Part shown: in pieces, positions 28,896 through 38,411 of the stretch
Layout of the letters: the number at the start of each line of letters is the position of its first letter
Numbering within the stretch: position 1 is the first letter of the stretch
Source of the DNA: an uncultured Blautia sp.
GTDB taxonomy: Bacteria > Bacillota > Clostridia > Lachnospirales > Lachnospiraceae
Assembly: GCA_944384185.1 (NCBI GenBank)
Contig: CALWSM010000001.1
Span: 1 to 61,640 of the forward strand
Direction of reading: 5' to 3'
DNA: 61,640 nucleotides
The notes under the pieces: generated by a model
Databases searched by the model: none
Seen by the model: the letters and a program-made list of their open reading frames with translations, nothing else
Told to the model about the DNA's origin: nothing
Translations under genes and position numbers: made by a program

Positions 28896-30166
28896 TCTGT
28901 CTCACCTTCCTTATTCAATGTTTCGCCGCTTTCCAATACGCCTCCCGGATAATCCTCTGGTGTAGTTTCCCCTACAATGGCCGTATTCTTTCCAATCTTT
29001 ACATCCGAAGGGATCACGGTATTCTCTCCCACAGTTACCAGGCCGAAAGAATACACATTTGGTTTCAGCTTATTGGGGATCTCCTCTCCGATGCCCATGA
29101 CAACGTTATCGCCTACCGTAACATTTTCTGCGATGATCGCTTTGTCGATCACATCGTTTTCTCCGATCACAGACTGTTTCATGATAATAGAATCACGGAT
29201 CACAGCCCCTTTCTTAATGGTAACTCCGGCACCGATCACAGAATTATGTACTTCTCCGTACACCTCTGTTCCTTCGCTGATAATGCTTCTGTCTACTACC
29301 GCATCCGGCGCCACATACTGGGGCGGGATAATATCTCCTTTGGTATAGATCTTCCAAAATTCTTCGTAGAGATTAAATTCCGGAATAATATCGATCAGCT
29401 CCATATTGGCTTCCCAATAAGATCCCAGAGTTCCTACATCCTTCCAGTATCCGTTGTATTCATATGCAAAAAGTCTCTGGCCCTTCTCTCTGCAGTAGGG
29501 CAGGATATGTTTTCCGAAATCGCAGCCTGACTGATCTTTCAAGGCGATCAGGGCTTCCTTCAGCACAGGCCAGCTGAAGATATAAATACCCATTGAAGCC
29601 AGATTACTCTTCGGCTTCTCCGGTTTTTCCTCAAAATCTGTGATCCTTCCCGTCTCATCCGTAATGGCAAGTCCAAAACGGGAAGCTTCCTCCCATGGAA
29701 CAGGCATGCATGCCAGGGTGACGTCTGCTTTGTTTGCTTTATGGAAATCCAGCATAACTTCATAATCCATTTTGTAAATATGGTCGCCGCCCAGGATCAG
29801 TACATAATCCGGATTAAAGTTTTCCATATATGCCAGATTCTGATAAATAGCGTTGGCCGTACCGGTATACCATTCCGTATTGGTTTTCTTTTCATAAGGA
29901 GGAAGAATCGAAACGCCTCCTACATTACGATCCAGGTCCCAGGGGATACCGATTCCGATATGGGTATTTAAACGCAGGGGCTGGTACTGTGTCAGTACTC
30001 CTACAGTGTCCACTCCTGAATTTATACAGTTACTCAGCGGAAAATCTATGATCCTGTATTTTCCGCCAAATGTTACTGCCGGTTTTGCTACCTTCGCAGT
30101 CAGGACGCCCAGCCTGCTGCCTTGCCCTCCGGCCAGCAACATTGCAATCATCTCTTTCTTAATCAT
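28892..30166 (-). CDS. glgC: Glucose-1-phosphate adenylyltransferase
   Basis: [42 protein letters not shown]. Confidence 0.96.
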   Translation of the reverse strand: MIKKEMIAMLLAGGQGSRLGVLTAKVAKPAVTFGGKYRIIDFPLSNCINSGVDTVGVLTQYQPLRLNTHIGIGIPWDLDRNVGGVSILPPYEKKTNTEWYTGTANAIYQNLAYMENFNPDYVLILGGDHIYKMDYEVMLDFHKANKADVTLACMPVPWEEASRFGLAITDETGRITDFEEKPEKPKSNLASMGIYIFSWPVLKEALIALKDQSGCDFGKHILPYCREKGQRLFAYEYNGYWKDVGTLGSYWEANMELIDIIPEFNLYEEFWKIYTKGDIIPPQYVAPDAVVDRSIISEGTEVYGEVHNSVIGAGVTIKKGAVIRDSIIMKQSVIGENDVIDKAIIAENVTVGDNVVMGIGEEIPNKLKPNVYSFGLVTVGENTVIPSDVKIGKNTAIVGETTPEDYPGGVLESGETLNKEGETE

Positions 30167-30198
30167 GCAATCACCTCTTGTAATTCTATGGTTTTTAC

Positions 30199-30227
30199 AT
30201 TATAACACATCGCTTTGAAAAAGTGAA
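30199..30227 (-). promoter_or_regulatory. SigA promoter of glgC-glgD(-spoVG)
   Basis: TTCACT-17 bp-TATAAT, with TG at the extended position. Confidence 0.65.
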
Positions 30228-30442
30228 TATTTTTAACAATTTTTTTTCGACTTATTCATTTTTTTTGTGACATTTTACCTGTTTTTTTTCATCTCCCGCA
30301 GAAAGGGGCTTCCTTTTTCCGAAAATTTAGGTATAATCAATCATAAAAGGGATTCTGACGCATTAAGCAGCACCGGGAATGTATATCTATGTTTTGCGGC
30401 AGCCCCTAAAGACTTTAATAAAAAGGAAGGGATTCTTTCATT

Positions 30443-31822
30443 ATGTATCAGATTGATTTTCATAAACCCATGCACATTCACTTTATCGGAATCGGCGGTA
30501 TCAGTATGAGCGGCCTTGCTGAAATTCTTCTGGAGGAGGATTTTGCCATTTCCGGTTCTGACGCCAAAGCTTCGGATCTGACAAAGCAGCTGGAGGCCAA
30601 AGGCGCCAGGATCTATATCGGTCAGCGGGCTTCCAATATTACAGAAGATGTAGAGCTGGTAGTATATACCGCCGCCATTCATCCGGACAACCCGGAATTT
30701 AAACAGGCAAAAGACATGGGACTGCCTATGCTTACCCGGGCAGAGCTTCTTGGACAGATCATGAAAAATTACGATCTGCCTATTGCCGTATCCGGCACCC
30801 ACGGCAAGACGACTACCACCTCCATGATCTCCCACATCCTTCTGGAGGGAGATGCAGATCCCACCATATCTGTAGGCGGGATCCTGCCTGCTATCCACGG
30901 AAATATAAGAGTGGGACAGTCCGAGACATTTATTACCGAAGCTTGTGAATACACCAACAGTTTTCTCAGCTTTTTCCCAAAGATCAGCATTATCTTAAAC
31001 ATTGATGCCGATCATCTGGACTTTTTTAAAGATATCGACGATATCCGCCATTCCTTCCGGCTCTTCGCCCAGAAGCTGCCCAAGGACGGCACTCTGATCA
31101 TCAACGGAGAAATCCCTGACTTAGAAGAGATCACCCGGGATCTTCCCTGTGAGATCATTACTTACGCCTTAAAAGGCGATGCACAGTATACCGCCGAAAA
31201 CATCGTCTTTGACGAAACTGCCCATCCCTCCTTTGACTGTATCTGCAAAGGCGAAAAGATCGGACGCTTTTCTCTGTCTGTCCCAGGGATCCACAATGTA
31301 TCCAACGCCCTCTCTGCCATAGCCCTGGCCAGAAAGATCGGCCTTCCTGCAGAAGCCATACAGAAAGGCCTTCTCCATTTCGGCGGTACAGACCGGAGAT
31401 TTCAGTACAAAGGAAAGGTGGCAGGAGTAACGGTGATCGATGACTATGCCCATCACCCCACTGAGATTGCCGCAACTTTAAGGACTGCACAGAATTATCC
31501 CCACAACCGGATCTGGTGTGTCTTCCAGCCCCATACTTACACCAGGACCAAGGCTCTGATGCCGGAATTTGCCCAGGCTTTATCTCTGGCGGACAGTGTG
31601 GTCCTTGCGGATATCTATCCGGCCAGAGAAACCGACGATCTGGGGATCTCTTCAAAGGATCTGGCAGATCTCATTGCAGAAAAAGGAACGGACGTCCATT
31701 ATTTTTCTACTTTTGACGAGATCGAAGAATTTTTATTAAAAAATTGTATCCACGGAGATGTGTTGATAACTATGGGAGCCGGAGATGTATATAAAATCGG
31801 GGAAAACCTCCTCGGCATGTAG
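30443..31822 (+). CDS. murC: UDP-N-acetylmuramate--L-alanine ligase
   Basis: IHFIGIGGISMSGLA, GTHGKTTTT, DDYAHHPTEI, FQPHTYTRT. Confidence 0.97.
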   Translation: MYQIDFHKPMHIHFIGIGGISMSGLAEILLEEDFAISGSDAKASDLTKQLEAKGARIYIGQRASNITEDVELVVYTAAIHPDNPEFKQAKDMGLPMLTRAELLGQIMKNYDLPIAVSGTHGKTTTTSMISHILLEGDADPTISVGGILPAIHGNIRVGQSETFITEACEYTNSFLSFFPKISIILNIDADHLDFFKDIDDIRHSFRLFAQKLPKDGTLIINGEIPDLEEITRDLPCEIITYALKGDAQYTAENIVFDETAHPSFDCICKGEKIGRFSLSVPGIHNVSNALSAIALARKIGLPAEAIQKGLLHFGGTDRRFQYKGKVAGVTVIDDYAHHPTEIAATLRTAQNYPHNRIWCVFQPHTYTRTKALMPEFAQALSLADSVVLADIYPARETDDLGISSKDLADLIAEKGTDVHYFSTFDEIEEFLLKNCIHGDVLITMGAGDVYKIGENLLGM

Positions 31823-31824
31823 TG

Positions 31825-32026
31825 TTATCCACATTATCCACCAACTCTTCCACATACTCTTTCCCCAGAGTATGTGGATTTTTTTGTGCATAAGTGAGTT
31901 GACATAATCAGACAGTATTTTCGGCAAAAATATGTCATAAACCCTTCCCTTTCGACAATCTACAGGTTTCCCATAAAATTTATCCACCTTTTTATCCACA
32001 TTATCCACATTTATTCCTGTGATTTT
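31825..32026 (+). promoter_or_regulatory. DnaA-box cluster 1 (murC-dnaD intergenic)
   Basis: TTATCCACA at 31825, 31992, 32001; TTATCCACC at 31834, 31980; reverse TGTGCATAA at 31885; further degenerate boxes at 31846, 31873, 32018. Confidence 0.85.
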
Positions 32027-32130
32027 TTTCAACCTGCCCATTTCTGTAGTCGAAAAAAATCCTTGTTCTCTTTTTAAAAATTATATGCTATACTGAGATT
32101 GATTCATTAAGAAGATGTAAAGTGTAAAGG

Positions 32131-33141
32131 ATGTTGAGCATGGGACAGTTTGAAGTATATGGCCTTTTTCCAGGAGGGTTTACTTTACTCTCCAACCGTT
32201 TTCTGGAAGATCATATGCCGAAGGCCAATGGAGAATTTGTTAAAATCTATCTTTATCTCCTTAGCCGAAGCCAGAGCGGAAACGGGACTATGGAGCTTTC
32301 TTCCATTGCAGATACTTTTAACTGCACGGAAGCTGACGTTTTGAGAGCGCTCCGCTACTGGAAGGAGTCCAGGATCCTTGACGTATCCTTTGACCAGGCA
32401 GGGAATGTGACAAAAGTTTGTTTTTCTATCCCTGATCCGAAGCTGCCTGAATATGAGACAAAACCTTCCGCCCCTGCAGTATCCCGGAATAAGCTCCAGG
32501 ATCTGAAAGGCCGGGAAGAAGTACGGCAGCTTCTTTTTATTGCAGAACAATATCTTGGACGGACTCTGACCCCTACAGATGTGGAGACGCTTCTCTATCT
32601 TTATGACGAAGCCCATATATCCGCCGAGCTTCTGGAATATCTGATCGAGTACTGCGTTTCCAAAGGCAGCCCTTCTATGGCCTATATCAAGAAGGTGGGC
32701 CTGTCCTGGGCCCAGCAGAAGATCACCACAGTAAGCCAGGCCAAGGAAGAGACCAATCTCTATAACAAAAATTATTTTGCGATCCTGCGGGCCTTCGGCA
32801 TCAGTAACCGGAACCCTCTGGATAAAGAGATCCAATATATGAATCTCTGGCTGAACCAGTATGGCTTCACCCTGGATATCATTGCAGAAGCCTGCAGTCG
32901 TACGGTGCTTTCTACAGGAAAAGCCAGCTTTTCCTATGCAGACAGCATCCTGGAAAGCTGGTTCAAGAAGGGCGTCCGGCATCTTTCCGATATCGACTCC
33001 CTGGATATGAATCATCAGCAGAAAAAGGCAGAGAAAGCCAAGGCAAGGCCAAAAGCTCCTGCTGCCAAAAACAGATTCAATAATTTTCATCAGAGAAACT
33101 ACAACATGGCAGAGCTTGAAAAACAGCTTCTCGGAAAATAA
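32131..33141 (+). CDS. dnaD: DnaD/DnaB-domain replication initiation protein
   Basis: N.F...MP.A.GEFVKIY wHTH; two DnaB_2-like domains ending Y....SW (YIKKVGLSW, YADSILESW). Confidence 0.85.
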   Translation: MLSMGQFEVYGLFPGGFTLLSNRFLEDHMPKANGEFVKIYLYLLSRSQSGNGTMELSSIADTFNCTEADVLRALRYWKESRILDVSFDQAGNVTKVCFSIPDPKLPEYETKPSAPAVSRNKLQDLKGREEVRQLLFIAEQYLGRTLTPTDVETLLYLYDEAHISAELLEYLIEYCVSKGSPSMAYIKKVGLSWAQQKITTVSQAKEETNLYNKNYFAILRAFGISNRNPLDKEIQYMNLWLNQYGFTLDIIAEACSRTVLSTGKASFSYADSILESWFKKGVRHLSDIDSLDMNHQQKKAEKAKARPKAPAAKNRFNNFHQRNYNMAELEKQLLGK

Positions 33142-33158
33142 GCAAAAGGAGATGCGCT

Positions 33159-34148
33159 GTGTCACTGAAAAATTTTCAATACGAAGCGATCATACGGGAT
33201 TACAACCAGAAACAATTTCTCCATAAGCATGAGCAGGACGAGCATATCCGGCTGGCCGAAGAGAAGATCCCCCGGCTGGCTCAGATCCGGCGGGAGATCG
33301 CCGCTTTAGGCCTGAAAAAAGCCCGTCTTCTTCTGGGCGCAGGCCAGGGAGAGGACTTTGACCTGGAAGCCGCTATCCGTACCTTGTCAAAAGAGCGGAA
33401 AGCCCTTCTTGAGGAGCATGGATTCCCCGCCGATTATCTGGAGCTTCACTATGACTGCCCTATCTGCAAAGATACCGGCTATGTAAACGGGGAGAAATGC
33501 GCCTGCTTCCGAAAGGCTGCGGTAGATCTTCTCTACACCCAGTCCAATATCCGGGATATACTGGAGGAAGAAAATTTCTGCAATTTTTCTTTCCAGTACT
33601 ATTCCTCTGAGTTTACAGACCCGGGAAGCGGCGTTACCGCCTTAGAAGCCGCCCATAACGCCTATGACAAAGCCTGGGCTTTTATCGACGGCTTTGAAAG
33701 CACGTTCAATAATCTTCTGATTTATGGAGATACTGGTGTGGGAAAGACCTATCTTACCCATTGTATCGCCAAAGAACTCCTGGACCGTTCCTTTTTTGTT
33801 TTGTATTTCAGCGCTTTCGACCTTTTTGATCTGCTGTCAAGAAATACCTTTCAAAAAGACGCCCAGTCCGGGGATATGGCTTCTTTTATCTATGAATGTG
33901 ATCTGCTCATTATTGATGATCTGGGCACAGAACTGACCAACAGTTTTGTCTCCTCCCAGCTTTTCTGCTGCATCAATGAGCGCATCCTAAATAAAAAGGC
34001 AACTATCATTTCCACCAACCTGACCATGGAAGATTTTCTGGATACTTATTCGGAGAGGACCTTCTCCCGGGTATCCAGCAACTACACAATACTTAAGCTT
34101 ATCGGAAATGACATCCGAATCCAAAAAAGACTTTTAGGAGGAAAATAA
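33159..34148 (+). CDS. DnaC/DnaI-like helicase loader AAA+ ATPase
   Basis: CPICKDTG..C.C zinc motif, Walker A GDTGVGKT, LLIIDDLGTE, IISTNL; GTG start. Confidence 0.88.
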   Translation: MSLKNFQYEAIIRDYNQKQFLHKHEQDEHIRLAEEKIPRLAQIRREIAALGLKKARLLLGAGQGEDFDLEAAIRTLSKERKALLEEHGFPADYLELHYDCPICKDTGYVNGEKCACFRKAAVDLLYTQSNIRDILEEENFCNFSFQYYSSEFTDPGSGVTALEAAHNAYDKAWAFIDGFESTFNNLLIYGDTGVGKTYLTHCIAKELLDRSFFVLYFSAFDLFDLLSRNTFQKDAQSGDMASFIYECDLLIIDDLGTELTNSFVSSQLFCCINERILNKKATIISTNLTMEDFLDTYSERTFSRVSSNYTILKLIGNDIRIQKRLLGGK

Positions 34149-34150
34149 AC

Positions 34151-35350
34151 ATGGCACCAAAAATTGCAACACCTTTAGACTCGCTCCCCGTAGGCCGTCT
34201 GGGTATCATTCCCCTGAAGAGCTGCGAAAAGCTGGGGGCCAAGGTCAACGACTACATTGTAAAGTGGCGCAAAGACCGGGACCACCAGGAGAAAAATAAT
34301 CTCCAGTTTGAAGGTTATGAGCGTTCGTCTTACCTGATCGACGCCAAAACTCCCCGTTTCGGTTCTGGCGAGGCCAAAGGTATTCTGGAGGAATCCGTCC
34401 GGGGCGACGATCTCTATCTCATGGTAGATGTCTGCAACTATTCCCTGACTTATTCCCTCTGCGGCCATTTAAACCATATGTCTCCGGACGATCATTTCCA
34501 GGATCTGAAAAGGATCATTGCCGCTGTGGGCGGGAAAGCCAGAAGGGTCAACGTGATCATGCCCTTCCTGTATGAGAGCCGCCAGCACAAACGGACCCGC
34601 CGGGAATCTCTGGACTGTGCTCTGGGCCTTCAGGAGCTGATCCATATGGGCGTGGATAATATCATCACTTTTGACGCCCATGATCCCCGGGTGCAGAACG
34701 CCATTCCTCTGCATGGATTTGAGACCGTCCAGCCTGCTTACCAGTTTATCAAAGGTCTTTTTAAGGCAGAGCCTGAGCTGAACATCGACAGCGACAGCCT
34801 GATGATCATCAGCCCGGACGCAGGGGGCACCAGCCGGGCCATCTATCTGGCCAACGTGCTCGGGATCGATATGGGCATGTTCTATAAGCGCCGGGACTAC
34901 TCTACTATCATAGACGGACGGAATCCCATTGTAGCCCATGAATTCCTGGGCGCTGATGTAACCGGCAAAAATATGATCATCATTGACGATATGATCTCCT
35001 CCGGAGACAGTATGCTGGAGGTTGCCCGGCTGCTGAAGCAGAGAGGCGCCGCCAAGATCTTTATGTGCGCCACCTTCGGGCTTTTCACCAACGGTCTGGA
35101 TCGCTTTGATACCGCATACAAAAACGGAGATTTTGACCGTCTTCTTACTACCAATCTGGTATATCAGCCGGATGAGCTTCTCCAGAAGCCGTATTATGTA
35201 AACTGCGACATGAGTAAATACATCGCCCTGATCATCGATACTCTGAATCATGACGCTTCTATCAGCAAACTGCTGAATCCTGTAGAGCGGATCAACAAGC
35301 TGGTGGTAAAGCATAACAGAGAGCTGAAAGAGGGCAAGAAGAAAAACTAA
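34151..35350 (+). CDS. prs: Ribose-phosphate pyrophosphokinase
   Basis: ESVRG.D, MPFLYESRQ, SPDAGG, IIIDDMISSG.S PRPP-binding loop. Confidence 0.92.
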   Translation: MAPKIATPLDSLPVGRLGIIPLKSCEKLGAKVNDYIVKWRKDRDHQEKNNLQFEGYERSSYLIDAKTPRFGSGEAKGILEESVRGDDLYLMVDVCNYSLTYSLCGHLNHMSPDDHFQDLKRIIAAVGGKARRVNVIMPFLYESRQHKRTRRESLDCALGLQELIHMGVDNIITFDAHDPRVQNAIPLHGFETVQPAYQFIKGLFKAEPELNIDSDSLMIISPDAGGTSRAIYLANVLGIDMGMFYKRRDYSTIIDGRNPIVAHEFLGADVTGKNMIIIDDMISSGDSMLEVARLLKQRGAAKIFMCATFGLFTNGLDRFDTAYKNGDFDRLLTTNLVYQPDELLQKPYYVNCDMSKYIALIIDTLNHDASISKLLNPVERINKLVVKHNRELKEGKKKN

Positions 35351-35397
35351 ATATTTGTCATATCCTCTCTTAATTTTAAATCTTTTCCCGTTGTATA

Positions 35398-35426
35398 TTG
35401 TAATTTACAGACAATAGCAGTATAAT
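35398..35426 (+). promoter_or_regulatory. SigA promoter of small membrane protein gene
   Basis: TTGTAA-17 bp-TATAAT. Confidence 0.65.
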
Positions 35427-35471
35427 ATAAGAAACTAAAAGATTTTTCTATATAAGGGAGGTGCCACTATT

Positions 35472-35690
35472 ATGATGAATAAACTGATCCAGATCCTCAA
35501 TGTCTGTATCGCCTTTTTTGTAATTCTTTACGCAGCGCATATTTATGCAGTCACCGCTGACATCAGTCTTGTTACTGTGGTACTTCTGATCGCCGGTCTG
35601 GCGCCTGTACTGCATACTGCCTGGAATTATATCCGGATCAAGCTTGAGGAATATCGGGAAGAACATTCTCACCGTTATATGAAAGGCTGA
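35472..35690 (+). CDS. Small two-TM hypothetical membrane protein (72 aa)
   Basis: Strong GGGAGGTG RBS, own promoter, two hydrophobic segments, charged C-terminal tail. Confidence 0.7.
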   Translation: MMNKLIQILNVCIAFFVILYAAHIYAVTADISLVTVVLLIAGLAPVLHTAWNYIRIKLEEYREEHSHRYMKG

Positions 35691-35732
35691 ATCAGACACC
35701 GGTTATATGGTTGTAAAAAAAATTATCTTTTA

Positions 35733-35806
35733 AAACAGGGAGCTGGCCCCTGGATCAACGTCGAGGATATTCCCCGCCAAGGATCCATAGGGACAGCTCC
35801 CTGTTT
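35733..35806. terminator. Long hairpin between convergent genes
   Basis: AAACAGGGAGCTG...CAGCTCCCTGTTT 13-bp arms. Confidence 0.7.
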
Positions 35807-35813
35807 CACATCT

Positions 35814-37346
35814 TTATAAATTTATGGGATGCCAGGGGATTCCCAGCTTCTCCAGCATCTGAGGCTCCCTCCGGCTGCAGGTAAACAGGATCGCCTGTCT
35901 CTTATTTTTATGAAGCCACTGAAGGGCCTGAGCCAGTCTCCAGTCATCATACATGGCAAAGGTTTCATCCAGGATCACAGGCAGTTCCTCCTGGCACAGC
36001 AGCTTGGCTGCCGCCATGCGCAGGGCAAAATAAACCTGTTCCACTGTGCCCTGGCTTACCTGATAAAGCCCCACATACTGGTCGCCGCTATCCAGACGTA
36101 TCTGAAAGCTTTCGTCCAGGATACCTCTCTGATATTTTCCCTGGGTGAGCTCACCCAGTATTTCCCAGGTCTTCTCTTTCAGGAAATTTCCCTTCCGGCT
36201 TTGAAGGCTTCCCGCCGCCTTAGCCAGCATTTTCTCAGCCAGAGCAATGCTTCCGGCTTCCTTTCGGGCTTTCCGGATCTGCTCGTTGTCATTTTCCACC
36301 TCTTCCAGTTCTTCCTGAAGATTATAGAGCAGGGTCTCCTTGTCCCTGAGAAGCTCCTGCCAGGTGCTTCTCTGACCGGCTCTCCGTTCCTCTTTCAGCG
36401 CCCGCTCCTGCCTGCGGCGGCTGCGGGCGGCCTCTTTTTTCCGCTCCTTAAGATAACTGCGGAAATTTTCTCCGGCAGCCAGAAGGACCAGCAGCGGGAC
36501 ACACCAGCGGATAAGTCCCCCGTACCAGCCGCTCAGATCCAAAAGCCAGAGCAGGGCGGTACCGGTTCCTCCCAGCGCCAGAAGGATCAGAACAGCCGCC
36601 AGTTTTTCACCGCTTTTTCTTTCTTCTTCCCTGACGTTACTGATCCCTTTTTCATCCTCTGTGTTTTCCATACTTTTCTCAGGCTTTTCCAGTCTTTTCT
36701 CCAGGTCCTCCATCTCTTTTCGGGTGTACCGGATCCGGTAGCGCAGTTTTTCCAGCCTCTGTTCTTTTTCATTCAGAGCTTCTTTCTCCGCCTTTTCCCA
36801 TTCTTTTCTCTGTTCTTTAAGGCGGCCAAGAGCTGCCTGGGGATCCAGGAGAAAATCTCCCTCTGTCTGGAAATTCGCCAGATATTCCTCCACTTCTTCC
36901 CGGAGGCCTTTCTGGGTCCTGCTTTTTAACTGGCCTATAGCGGCAGTATTTTCATAGATCCTCTGGGTAGCTCCTCCCAGCAGGATCTCCAGATCTCCCT
37001 CTTCCACGGACATTTTTTCTCCGTCTGTGACACAGTACAGCTCTGCCTCCCGGGAACGGCTTTCGAAGTTTCTCTCCAGACGAAATTCCTTCCCTTCCTC
37101 CTCAAAAAGCACGCTCCCTTCATACCAGGAAGGATTCGACCAGGGAAGATATCTGGTATAGGTATCTGTTTTCGAAGCTGTTCCCCTTTTTCTGGAGATC
37201 CCGAAGAAAACTCCCTGGAGAAAGGTATAGAGGGTGGTTTTCCCGCTTTCATTTTCCCCATATACAATATTGATCCCAGGCTGGAAAGAAATCCTCTTTT
37301 TCTGGAATTTTCCAAAGTTTTTCAGATATGCTTCTTTTATGATCAT
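35814..37346 (-). CDS. YhaN-like Rad50/SbcC-family ATPase with central hydrophobic hairpin
   Basis: Walker A GENESGKTT, coiled coils, signature VSQGT, Walker B/D-loop VILDETFAMYD. Confidence 0.85.
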   Translation of the reverse strand: MIIKEAYLKNFGKFQKKRISFQPGINIVYGENESGKTTLYTFLQGVFFGISRKRGTASKTDTYTRYLPWSNPSWYEGSVLFEEEGKEFRLERNFESRSREAELYCVTDGEKMSVEEGDLEILLGGATQRIYENTAAIGQLKSRTQKGLREEVEEYLANFQTEGDFLLDPQAALGRLKEQRKEWEKAEKEALNEKEQRLEKLRYRIRYTRKEMEDLEKRLEKPEKSMENTEDEKGISNVREEERKSGEKLAAVLILLALGGTGTALLWLLDLSGWYGGLIRWCVPLLVLLAAGENFRSYLKERKKEAARSRRRQERALKEERRAGQRSTWQELLRDKETLLYNLQEELEEVENDNEQIRKARKEAGSIALAEKMLAKAAGSLQSRKGNFLKEKTWEILGELTQGKYQRGILDESFQIRLDSGDQYVGLYQVSQGTVEQVYFALRMAAAKLLCQEELPVILDETFAMYDDWRLAQALQWLHKNKRQAILFTCSRREPQMLEKLGIPWHPINL

Positions 37347-38401
37347 AGTATTTCCTCCCCGGTCTCCAGAAGAGCCCGGATCCCATGATCCAGAGCTTTT
37401 TTCTCCTCTTCACCCGGGTCATCGCCGAAGCTTCGGATATATTCCTCCAGAAGGCTTCCCCGGTATTTTCTGCACAATTCCTCCAAAGACCAGGCCGGTC
37501 TGCTTTTATCTTCCACCTCCCGGATATTTCCCAGGGAATAGAGCCCGCCTGTCTCAAACTCTGTCTCCGGATCTCTTTCTCCCTGAAGGATCAAAGTATA
37601 GATATGCTCTTTTCCCTCTTCGTCTAACCGTCCGGAGATTTTCTGGCAGAGGGTATATTGGGTGGTTTCCCGGGTCACAGGGATCTCCAGTTCTTTATAT
37701 TCTCTTGCCGCCCAGGGTACAAAAGCAGTCCTGACTTTTCCATTCCGGATCTCTCCTTTTACAAAGCCATGAATGCCTGTGTCATTCTTTTCCGTAGGTT
37801 CCAGGGATCCGGCGTAGATCACCCGGTCTTTTTCCAGGATCTGAGGCTTATGGATATGTCCAAGGGCAACATATTCAAAGCCGCTGGCAGCCAGCCGGTC
37901 TCTGGATATGGGAATGTGTTTTTCATCCCCTCCATGGGCCAGAAGGATCTCTACCGGCATCTCTCCCGATTTTTTCAGACCGTCGTAAAGGGGACTGGTG
38001 ATCTCCCGGCTTTTATAGCTGCAGCCGGTGACCCGCACCCCCAATTCCGGAAAGTCTGCATGGCTGATCTCCCGGCTCCACAGGCCGCAGACATTGGAGC
38101 TCCAGGGAAATTTCTGATACAGGGAATCCTTTCTCAGGTAGTCATGGTTTCCGGCGATCAGAAGGATCCTGGTGTCCGGAATAGCGGAAAACATGGCGTT
38201 TACTTCTTTTAATTCTCTTGCCAGGGGCTGGCGGTGGAACAGATCTCCTGCAATAAGAAACAGGTCGGCATGATCCCGGCCGGCCTGTTCTATAACTCTT
38301 CGGAAGCTGTCCCAGATTTCCCGGCTTCTGTCCCGGCTCCAGGGGAAGCCTTTATCCGGCTCCGCCCCCAGATGAACGTCTGCGATATGGAAAAATCTCA
38401 T
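37343..38401 (-). CDS. YhaO-like Mre11/SbcD-family DNA exonuclease
   Basis: Metallophosphoesterase motifs DVHLG, GDLF, GNHD, AHG, GHIH; ATGA overlap with ATPase gene. Confidence 0.9.
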   Translation of the reverse strand: MRFFHIADVHLGAEPDKGFPWSRDRSREIWDSFRRVIEQAGRDHADLFLIAGDLFHRQPLARELKEVNAMFSAIPDTRILLIAGNHDYLRKDSLYQKFPWSSNVCGLWSREISHADFPELGVRVTGCSYKSREITSPLYDGLKKSGEMPVEILLAHGGDEKHIPISRDRLAASGFEYVALGHIHKPQILEKDRVIYAGSLEPTEKNDTGIHGFVKGEIRNGKVRTAFVPWAAREYKELEIPVTRETTQYTLCQKISGRLDEEGKEHIYTLILQGERDPETEFETGGLYSLGNIREVEDKSRPAWSLEELCRKYRGSLLEEYIRSFGDDPGEEEKKALDHGIRALLETGEEIL

Positions 38402-38411
38402 AGTGCTCCTC

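Noticed and set aside
30221-30239. Rex operator at the glgC promoter (AAGTGAA-N5-TTAACAA)
   Set aside because: Spacer is 5 bp rather than 4 and one arm is mismatched
31825-32009. CRISPR array or iterons
   Set aside because: Repeats are 9-mers with irregular spacing and both orientations; no cas or plasmid rep gene
31736-32041. 101-aa minus-strand ORF (and the ORFs at 46619-47011 and 46782-46973)
   Set aside because: VDNVDK, MWIT and LSTLST peptides are just translations of DnaA boxes
31825-32130. Chromosomal origin oriC
   Set aside because: No dnaA/dnaN/rpmH/gyrB, no DnaA-trio (CTA-like) run after the tandem boxes, and gene strand bias stays mostly minus on both sides; whole-genome GC skew would be decisive
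32131-34148. Prophage replication module or IS21 IstB
   Set aside because: No integrase, IstA or phage genes; embedded between murC and prs; two-domain DnaD plus Zn-finger loader fits the chromosomal primosome
35802-35817. parS site
   Set aside because: Only the half-site TGTTTCAC matches, and it lies in a terminator arm
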